This document shows, in pieces, positions 51,579-62,000 of a DNA stretch of 64,000 bases (the first letter of the stretch is position 1; every line of letters begins with the position of its first letter). Source of the stretch: Takakia lepidozioides. Its lineage: Eukaryota; Plantae; Bryophyta. Under the pieces are notes generated by a model that was not told where the DNA came from, did not search any database, and saw only the letters and a list, made by a program, of their open reading frames with translations. Where the stretch lies: NCBI GenBank assembly GCA_030704615.1, contig CM060732.1:16306001-16370000 (forward strand), given 5' to 3'. A program made the position numbers and the translations under genes.

Positions 51579-52165
51579 GAACAGTGCAACACGGGAGCAA
51601 ATTTCCAACTTACTTGAGCATGGATTGCATGCATACTTTTGGCTTCCCTCGGTTTGTGAGGGCATGCATACTTGTCACAGTTCATTATTAATAAATATTA
51701 ATAATGTCTCCTTTGAAGCAAAGTTCCACTTTTTGTGCAATGTTGCATTTTGTTGAATGTTGACTTTTGGCAACGAGGGTCTGGCAGTCAATCTTGCAAT
51801 CAGACCCACCGGAATGCCACCTCTGTCAGTTCCCTCTATCAATGGGGAAGGTGCTTGCACGCTCGCCCCCCACGCTTCTTGTCGGACGCCCCAATTATTG
51901 GTTTGCGCAGCGCATCTGCATTGGTCATATACCTTCTGACTAAATACCGTTGGCAGTTATTGCGCAAAGGCCAGGGGCCGCATTCCGGAGACAATGTTCA
52001 TTAACACTCTAACAGTGGATTTTTGGGAGAGTGGGCTCCCCGGATTTGTGAATAGGCTTCGTCGCTCAGAAAAATCGGCCCTGCATTCCTTCCCCTCGCT
52101 GCATCCCCCTTCTCCCAGGGTGCTTGCCCGAATGCCATCCTCGCAATCTTGTGTGCACATCTCCC

Positions 52166-55100
52166 ATGGCAGAAAACCTGAGCGCTATAGTTTACTGCCC
52201 TCCTCACGAGCATAGAGCTACATTTCCGTGCAGAGGGTACATCTGTTGGGTGATGGAGAAATATCTCTGCGTTCGATACCACCTGAAACCGGGGTCGGTA
52301 TTTTTGGAGGAGGAAAGGAAGGATTCAAACGGAGTTGTAGTTGAAAGTATTGTTGTGCTCCACGATGATTTCGGCAACGGCAGGGAATGGCGAGTTCCAC
52401 CATCGGACAACGTCATATACAGGGCTGTTGGGGACTTCATTTGCCCGCCAAATGTACCTTCTATCCTGGCGCCTTCTACGAAACAATCCGCGAATCAGAG
52501 ACTAGGTACCTCAAAGAGAGAAGTCCGCAATGAAGTAAATCCAGGGCCGACCCCATCAATGAAGATGAGCGAGAACCGGGTTGTTCACAACCTGTCCGAC
52601 TTAGACGAGGTCATGGAAGTTCCAAGATCATCCAGGAGATAAGGAAAGTCCTCAATGGACATCAGCGGACGAGGGAGTCATATTCCCAACACGAGCTCAG
52701 CAATTCGATCCATTCTTGAAATTTTGCAAGGGCTTCACATGGAGGGACACTGCTCGGAGCTGGCTGGGCTGGACTACAACAAGTTCGCAATTAAATCCGT
52801 TACATGCCTTCCCGCAGACGTCGACGGTAATATCTTCTTGAGTTCCCTCCTCGAACGGACTATTCGAGGGCGTCCGGAATGTTGACAGATATGGATAGGA
52901 AACATGACGGTCATCCTTGGTGCGTCACCAAAACCACCAGCATGAAGATGCTCGATGGTGTGCGGGTGCGCTACGTTGTTTGTGCGGGCGCGTTGCGGTG
53001 TTTCTCTCCAACTTGCTTTCACTTTAAATCCAGAGGTCACAGGAACGAGACGGATTGGACAGGCACAGCTCATCAACCATTTCGAGCTCCGGAGAAGGTT
53101 CCAAACTCCACATTTAAGTGTGCGCATTGCAAAGAACCACCACATTGCATGTCTGTTTGTAATGCCAAGCAGTTCTATGTGCTGCACCGTTTCCCTGACC
53201 TCACACGAGCTTGCATACACGTTGGTTCCCATTGTCACAAATTGGCGAGGGGGAACTCGCGGGAGGCTGCCCACGAGGCAGAGCAGCTCGTGCAGGAGGA
53301 GGTTAAGTTGAGACCTGGTGCCAAACCCAAACAGATACAGCTGCAGGCCGCCCATAAGATGGCATTGGCCATAATTATGTCGGAAGACGGCTCCGACAGA
53401 GTTCCTCTCGATGAGAAGGAAATGGAGGCATTGTTGGAGTTCGTGTCCCATGTCTGTTCACCGAATGTCCGAAACTACATTCATGGAAGTAGGTTTCTAG
53501 GACAAGGGACTGAGGCAGATCGTTGTTTTGTATTCAAAATGTCCACGTGTGGGCCTGGCAGTGGCATCGAACTAGTCCACCGGATGACGAGTGGGGACTG
53601 TCAAACAGTTGGGTCATGTTCGACCATATCAAGCGAATTATAAATCACCAGTGGGTGACAATGGGTGCACATGTCTACGACACCCACTGCAGGATGCTAA
53701 TGACAATTGCTATTTGTGAGATGAAAGGAGAGGACACACAATCGGAGATGCTTCTTTGGCAGGGAATAAACGAACAGATGGCCAGGGCAGGATTGCCCCC
53801 TCCCAATTTCCGAGGTTTCATGGCGGACAACGCACAAGCAAATTGGGCTGCCATCCAAAGGGTGTACGGGGAAGACCCCAATGTTCCTATGAAAGACAAG
53901 GAGAGATCTTGTGGGTTCCATTTTCTGCATAGCTTGTCGCAGTACACAACCAGGCTTGTGGTGCCAGATTTCAGAGAGGAGCACCGTTCCATGTGTCTTG
54001 CGTGGAAGCGTGCTCCCACCTTAGATGATGCAGAGACACAGTTTGCATGTATACGGGCTTGGTGGACAACTTCAGGTGCTGTAAAGAAATCAGACGAGGG
54101 AGCAATGGTCAGTTGGCTAACATGGTGGCATTATCATTTCCTCTAGTTCGGCGACATATGCGGGAGGTGAGTTGGACGAATTTGCGTCCCGTTGAATATT
54201 ATGCTACTCGTTCTTTGTAACTTGCTAACCTGAACATGTGCAAGTGCAGGAAATGTGTCTCGACTCCGACACCGACATGCCGACAACAAACATGGCCAAA
54301 TCAGTACATTCTTCCTGGCGTGCCTCCTCTGCGGCGCATCTAGTGGACATCCTCACTGCCACAACAGAGGACATTGTGAGGTCAATTATGCAGCAATGTA
54401 GGTACAACGAGTTCTTGAAAGGGAAACAGTGGGGCTTGGGGCCCGACAGGCAGGAAATGCTGATGCGGACTACCTCCAGATTGAAGAATCCTCGGAAGTG
54501 GGTGGCAGCCTTGCGAGAGGGCCTTCGGGACACGCCATTGCTTCGAAGAGGCCAACACTTGGAAGGAGATGTTCACACCCGTCCAGTGAAACGAAGACTT
54601 GACGAGGCACCTGGCGGAGAAGAGGATTCATGGCGAGCTGACAAGAATATTCACACGCTCCCTCGTGGTCCCGTGATGTTGCCCGAGGAGGTCTCGTTGA
54701 GCATCGCAAGTCCTGCACGTTCAAGATCGCCATCTCCTTTGAGCACAGGGCACGTGCCCGAAGAACATAACGAGCCATCTGTAGTAACGTAATACAACAT
54801 ACTCATTGTGGAGACAAGAGTGTCGGAGTCACAGTGGAGAATTGCAAGGACATTGCCGGCATTTTGAAGGAAGTGTTGCGCCATCCAGGTGGATACGAGA
54901 GCACGTTGTGGTGAGATGATTCAGAGGAACCCACACGGTGCTGTACCTGTACATTGTTTCAGCGACAGATTTTTTACTCCCACATTTGCTCACGCCACAA
55001 CGCAAACATTTTGGTTCTGTAGGCACGACATAATGACTTGTGTATTTGGCAAGCCCAAGTACGGGATTCAGGGAATGCCGGAGCCTCTGGGCGTCTGGCC

Positions 55101-55668
55101 TGTTGCACCGGGTTGCAACCTCTCTCAGATTGAGGCGGATGCTCTTTCTGCAGCAGAATTTTGAATGGTGCAACGCACAGACGTCCCGGCCCACGCATTT
55201 CCAGTTCCTCAGACCCAACCATTGCAGACTGCTTGGTCCAGTAGAGACGGATTGGACAATTATGCACATCCCACAATGCGATTCAGAAGAGTGAAGAGAC
55301 GACACCCTCCCAACAAGTTGAATGAGACTCGGATTGCCAATGCTCTTGGGATGGCTTGCACTATTCAGAGCTCCGTGGACGTACCCCCACCCGGCCTTGG
55401 GCGTGTTTATCGGATGGCAACGGCCGGTTCAGCTGTACGCGACGATGTATACACAATTACAATTGGAGTAGAGCCGACTTACAATTGTACGGATTTCTTG
55501 TTGATGGAAGCAAAGAAGGGTTCAAAGTATTATCCGTGCAAACATCTATATTACATTTACCTGAAGAGGTTAAGGATGAACTTGACTATTGATGACTTTA
55601 TTCATGCACCAACGTTGAGCGTGAATGAGCTGCACAAACTCCTCCGCCGGGATTCCAGAAATCATTGA
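52166..55668 (+). pseudogene. MULE-type transposase (GCM-like, DDE, SWIM), degenerate
   Basis: Colinear with copy 1; VMFDH, FMADNAQA, CGFHF, TNMAKS (catalytic E changed to K); probable intron at about 54167-54249; YPCKHLY SWIM. Confidence 0.78.
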
Positions 55669-56769
55669 TGGGGCAAAGGGAATCCACCATATGGATATTT
55701 TCAATTGCATTTTGATGCATTAGACTTTGTTTTGCAGTGTAATGAAATGTCCGAAACTCCTGGAATGAGACAAGCAATATTCCAGAAAACTGAGTTCCAA
55801 CAGTAGCAGTTGTGGGGCCATTTCTGAAAAAATGGCGCCGAATTTCCTATTTTGGTCCGAAAACTGGCTAAGTCCCAACATGCACGGGAACGATGTCTGG
55901 AAAAATGGCGCCGAATTTCCAATTACATGGCCCAGAACTGCCCAACATCTGTGCAATCCTCGGCACCATGTACCGAAATTTGGCGCTACATTTCCAAATT
56001 TTGGGCTTACACACCTGCCATGTTGGGACCTATAGCCGCGAAATTTGGCACCATCTTTCGCCGGAGACACCTATTATCGCGAAATACATCGCAGATTTCT
56101 CCGGTTGCGGAACCAATACCGCGAAATTCGGCGCCATTTTTGCAGATGTTGCTCGGAATTCGCATGAGTGGAAGACGAAATATCATGAGCGCGGCTCTCA
56201 AAACTACAATTTTTACTTCAAACAATGAATATTATATTGGTTTTTCTGACATATTCCATTAAAATAATATTTTTAATGTTTTTTATTTCCTGAATTTGTA
56301 CTTCTGCTCACGAAAACCGATTGTCTTGCTACTCCGCTCATGCCACTCATGCCGCTCATGCTCATGAAATAGCTAACCTCCCCGCCCGCCCCTCCGGGCA
56401 CCTCCCTGCCGCCTGACCGCCACTATGGCGGTCGTCTGCATGGCCACCTCAGGCGCCTCGAAGGCGACCGCCATGGTGGCGGTCGCCGTGATCGCCACCA
56501 CGTCCGGCAGAGTGGCGACCGCCACTGAGGCGGGCGCTTGCCTCGCCACCGCACCCGGCTCCGGGGCGACCGACGCCAGCTCACTGGCTCCGAGGTGACC
56601 GCCACTTTGGCGTCACACTTGGCACCTCCTTGGGCTCGCCGGCAATTGTGCCATGCTGTCTAAGGACGTGGCAATGTTTTACCCATGTCTTTACCTACTG
56701 ACGTGACGTGTGACCCAAATCCCGTCAGTGTCGCTGACGCCGACGTGACGTGACATCACGTTGGCCTGC

Positions 56770-57007
56770 AACCGGGGTCCTATGCCACCCCCACTACGAC
56801 TCCCTACGGTACCACCACCCCTCGTGGAGCCCCCACCACCGCAACCCGGTTTACGGGGCTCCACCTAGTGAGCGCCTCCGCCTCCTTGAGTGTCTTTGGC
56901 ACTCAAGGGTGCTTCAGCCCCCTTTCCTATTTGTTGCCACTGCCCCCACCACAAGGGCAGCCCCTCTTGTGTCTCGACCCCCCGCCCTCAAGGCAAAGGG
57001 CCGCGAC
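56770..57007 (-). mobile_element. Partial LTR of the chromovirus-like family
   Basis: Reverse complement of about 15347-15590. Confidence 0.8.
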
Positions 57008-57010
57008 CTG

Positions 57011-57380
57011 TGAAGTGATTTTTGAAGTGATTTTCAGAGTGATTCTCAGAGTGATGTCCAGAGTGATTTCCAAAGTTGCTTGAACCCCAGCAGGTGAGGT
57101 GCATGGTATAGCAAAAGTAGGAAGGAGGACCTTCCCATGGTAACCAGTATACCCGAATCATTTTTGAAGGGGCCCGAGGTAACAATTTCCCAAGGTAACA
57201 TTTTCCCAAGGGAGCACTTCCCCAAGGTAGCATTTTCCCAAGGTGGCACATTCCCAAGGTAGCGTTTCCGCAAAGGTAACATTTTCCAGAGGTACCATTT
57301 TCCCGAGGTAACAATTTCCCAAGGTAACAATATCCAGAAGTAACAATTTCCAAAGGTAGCAATTTCCCGAGGTAGCCAGT
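57011..57380. repeat. Minisatellites: 12-bp gaagtgattttt-type (57011-57072) and about 19-bp aggtaacaatttccca-type (57175-57375)
   Basis: Directly visible tandem units. Confidence 0.85.
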
Positions 57381-58129
57381 AGTTCTGAGTATCTTGCACA
57401 GGAGAGTGGTAATGTGCTGAGTGGCAATCGTTCAAGAAATAGCATGGAAGAGTACTGTGGGGGAGATAATGGTAGTGAGGCATGTACATGAATATCTGGA
57501 TAAATGTATTTTAGATCAATGGTATCGAGGGCAAAGGCCCTTAAGTCACAAATAAGTGAGCTAGAGCAACAATTCACAGTTTTTGTAAACTGAACAAACA
57601 CTTGATCACAATGCGGGAAGAGGTAATTCACAGCAGTGGTGACTAGGGCAGAAGCTCTTGAGTGATAGATCTGTGGGTAGCAACAATTCACAATACTTCC
57701 AGCAAGAGAGAACATTTGATCAATGAGTGGAGACAGATGTTTCACAACAATGGAGATGAGGGCAAAAGCTCTCGAATAACAAACATGATGGGAGTAGCAA
57801 TTCATAGGATTTGGAACAAGCTGAAGAGGTTGTCTGAGGCCAGATTTACAGCTAATAGGGGTGAAAACATGGCTTAAGGGGGTGGGAAGCAATTTCTTGT
57901 GCAGGGGGGGGTGCCTTCATATCTGAATCGTATGGATGCGGTGTCCAACGGCGTGTTCCTTGAGTGTGGCTGTTGTGCCCTGTCAGTTCAGTCCAGTCAT
58001 AATGGTAAGAACGTGCAAGCATTACAGGGTTCGTTAATCCAAGTGCAACGTGAGCTGATAGTTGGAATGGAAAGCACGGGAGATAGCATATGCAGCAGGT
58101 AGAGTTACTAGTTCCCTTGGTTGGTTGTC

Positions 58130-58900
58130 AGGAGTGTTTGGTACAACTACAGCAAAACCAGCTCTGAAGATGTCGCCATGGACCTCTTTGCCCTTTTCCA
58201 GAACTGCCAGGGCAGTGTGTAGAGTGACATCTGGTACAACTACAGCAAAACCTGCAAGCATCGCATTCCACGACACCACAACTCGTTCAGCCATAGTCTC
58301 AAACACTCCCTTTGCATCGTCGATGCACCCACATTTTGCATACATGTCCACCAGGGTATTGTTTAGAATGACAGTTGGTACAATTCCAGCTCTGAAGATG
58401 TCGCCATGGACCTCTTTGCCATTTTTCAGATCTGCCAGGGTAGTGTGTAGAGTGACATTTGGTACAACTGCAGCAGGACCTTTAAGTATCGCATTCCATG
58501 ACACAACATCTTGTTCAGCCATAGTGTCAAACATTCCTTTTGCATCGTCGATGCACCCACATTTTGCATACATGTCCCCTAGGGTATTGTTCAGAATGAC
58601 AGTTGGTACAATTCCAGCTCTGAAGATGTCGTCATAGACTTCTTTGCCATTTTCCAGATCTGCCAGGGCAGTGTGCAGAATGACATTTGGTACAACTCCA
58701 GCAAAACCTGCAAGCATCGCATTCCACGACACCAAATCAAATCAGCCATAGTGTCAAACACTCCCTTTGTATCCTCGATATACCCACATTTTGCATACAT
58801 GTCCATCAGGGTATTGTTCAGAATGACAGTTGGTACAATTCCAGCTCTGAAGATGTTGCCATGGACCTCATTACCCTTTTCCAGATCCGCCAGGGCAGTG
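58130..58900 (-). pseudogene. Tandemly repeated PLS-class PPR fragment
   Basis: About 3.5 units of about 240 bp: GKEVHGDI..GIVPTVILNNTLVDMYAKCGCIDDAKGVFDTM..DVVSWNAML; one frameshift near 58740. Confidence 0.85.
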
Positions 58901-59066
58901 TCTTTAATCACAAAAGAAGAGTTGCCACTGAGAAGCTTCACATCTGCTGTGATTAGTGTGGTATAGGTGGATGTGACCTGCTGGGGCAGAATAGGTACAG
59001 TGGATCCGTTTGTTGTAGAGAAACATAGCAGCAGTGGAACTCAGGGGCGAGACAGAGGGGGACCAA

Positions 59067-62000
59067 CACACCACACACTAGTATACCACTAGTCCACCAC
59101 TAGTCCAACCACTAGGCTACTAGTCAGTCACTAGGCTGCCACTATGCTGCCCACTATGGCAGTCACTAGTCCACACAATCGCCCCCCTAGCTGGTGCTTA
59201 GGTCCCTCTAAGTCCAGGTAGCCACAAGATGTGATAGTGACCATAGCCTCAGCATGCTCTGTGGGTCTGCCAAACGGGCAGCCGCCATGCTGGTGTGTGA
59301 TCGATGCTCAAGGGGTTGGCATATGGGATGCTTGACACCACCTCTTGAGAAGGTTCCTGACGGAGATTGGTTGTGTCCACACTGCTTGGGATAGTGGCAG
59401 TGGACATGACTGGAGGCAGTTAACAAGACATGGGAGGCCAAGCTCATAGGAGTCAATACACGAGATCCCAAGCTCAAGTTCACAGGTTGCAAACTGCAGT
59501 CACATCCAGGGTCGTAGGAGCAGTCTGCCGCAAATAAACATAGTCACCAGGGCTAAACCTCCGAACCCCAGGACGATATCCTCCACCACGTATAGTGGCA
59601 TACCTCAACGTATCACGGTGCTGTGCAATGGCAAGGTTCTCAAAAGCCATGGGCATGACTTTCTTGAACAACTCTGCACGCTGATCACATGCATGTACCC
59701 ACACGTCCGGATCGTCAAGGTTAAGGACTTGAGCAGTGTCCCTACAAATGGCTGCAGGCAAATCCGGCTCTCGGCCAAAGAGAAGAAAATATGGTGAGAA
59801 GGAGGCAAGTGATGCTTGCTTGCTAAACCGGTAGCCCATGGCTAACCAAGGTACCTGAAGATCCCAATCTCCTAGGTGTCCCTTCTGCAAGCCATACTTG
59901 CGCAAACCCCTCTTCACCGTCTGAACAACTCTCTCTGCCAAGCCATCGGCCTCAGGATGATCCCGAGAAGTGGTGCGGTGATCTATCAAGGCTTTATCAC
60001 ACAAAGCCTGAAACTCCCCCAAGAACTCTCTCCCTTGGTCTGTGAATACCTCAGCTGGAGCACCGAATTGGCTAAGCACACGATCCAAGAATGCATACGC
60101 AGCCCCCTCACTAGCCTTTTTAGGCAATGGAACCAACTCAATCCACTTGGAGAAGTGCTCCACCATCACCAACACATATCTGTGGTGGCACATAGTCAGT
60201 GGCAATGGTCCTGCGAAGTCAAGACTCCACATGTAGCCCAATCCCATGATTGGTAAAGGATGCAATTGTGGTGTAGGGGCGTTGAATAAAGCACGCACCC
60301 TGTCACACAGCATGCACCTAGCCACGAACTGTTGCACCTTTGTATGCATACCACGCCACCAATACTGCCCCTGTAGTAAACTGTGAGTGCGTCGCACTCC
60401 AAAATGCCCCAACTCCTCATGGGCATGTCGTACTAACCGTGCATGTTGTGTGGGGTGAGGCACAATCCTCACCCGACCATCCTCCCATACTCGGAGCAGG
60501 TGTATCCCCTCCCATTTGAACCTCTTGGCTTGTTGTAGGATCCGATCCCTCTCCTTGGCAGTCACAGTGGCTGCCCTGTCTCCAGTACGGAGGTAGTCCA
60601 ACACAGCCGAATCCTCATGTATATCTCTGGTACCACCTGGCTCATCACTAGCCTCAGGGTCCTCAGACACTCTGTCTACAGTCATCCATGTTGTAGGTCC
60701 AACCTGACCTCCCGATGCCAAGATACACAAAAAGGCAGATGCATGCCATCCCGGCACCATCTCCTCGTCCGTCTCACCATGCCACCGAGCTCCAGTGTCA
60801 TCTTGCTGGCTCGTGCATGGATTGCGACTCAATCCATCCGCATCCCGATTGACCAAACCCGGTCGATGCACAACCTGAAAGTCATACTCCTGGAGTATGA
60901 ATGCCCACCGTGCAAGCTTCCCCATAAGCTTGTCTGACTCCATCAACCACTTGAGTGGCTAGTGATCCGTGACAAGGGTGAAGAGATTGCCGTATAGATA
61001 GCACCTGAAGTGTGCCACGGCCCACACTGCAGCTAAGCACTCTCCCTCATATGAACTATACTTAGCCTCTGCAACGTTGTTCGAGCGGCTAGCATAAGCC
61101 ACTACGAACTCTCTTCCCTCATCATCCACCTATGTGAGCACTGCTCCAAGCCCCAGCATGCTCCAATCCGTATGCAACTGAAAGGGACGCCCCCTGATAG
61201 GTCGTCTCAGGATAGACACCGAAGTCAACCTCGCCTTGAGCTCTTGAAAAGCTCATTCCTGCTCATCTTCCCACTGCCACTCCTGGTCCACCTTAGTCAG
61301 CTTGGTTAGAGCCTTTGCAATGGCACTAAATCCCTTGACAAACCGTCTATAATAGTTTGCCAACCCCATGAAAGCTCGAACTCGGCTCACATCCGTGGGG
61401 CATGGAATTTATGCAATGGCCTCTACCTTAATCTGGTATACCCCCAATCCTCTAGGATATATCATGTGACCCAGATACTCAATTTGGTTGTGGAAAAACT
61501 TGCACTTCCCCGGATGCAACTTCAATCCGTGCGCTCTCAAGCGCTCCAATACCAACTGAAGGTGTCTCATGCTCCTCCACTGTAGCACTAAAGATGATGA
61601 TGTCATCTATGTAGCACCGAGCAAAGTCCACCCCTGCTAGAATCCTATCCATGACTCTCTGAAACTCTGCAGGAGCGTTCTTAAGCCCAAATGGTAAGAA
61701 CCGCAACTAATATAGACAATCCTTGCCATGCTCATTGATCCCCCAGAATGTCGTCTTCTCCTTGTCCGCCTCCTTGATCGGCAACTGGTGATATCCGGAT
61801 CGTAAATCCAAAGTGCTAAAGACCTTAGCATGCCCAATGGCATCAAAGATCTCCTCCGGTGTGGGCATGGCATACTTATCGGACTTGGTCTGACGATTTA
61901 CAGGCCGGTAATCACCGCACATACGTCTCTCCGTCCAATTGCCATAGACATCCTTCTTGGCTGGCATCACTGTGGCTGAAGCATACTCTCCACCAGAGAG

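Larger units (their letters stand above)
49293..56380 (+). mobile_element. Mutator-like DNA transposon, copy 2
   Basis: Ends GCTCATGAAATAGCTAACCTC at 56380, nearly the reverse complement of copy 1's end; homologous transposase; palindromic motifs near both ends; left end truncated. Confidence 0.75.

Noticed and set aside
57158-57892. 244-aa minus-strand ORF with three VNCC..SRAFAL-like repeats
   Set aside because: No recognisable domain, non-ATG start, and it runs into a minisatellite; cannot be supported as a gene
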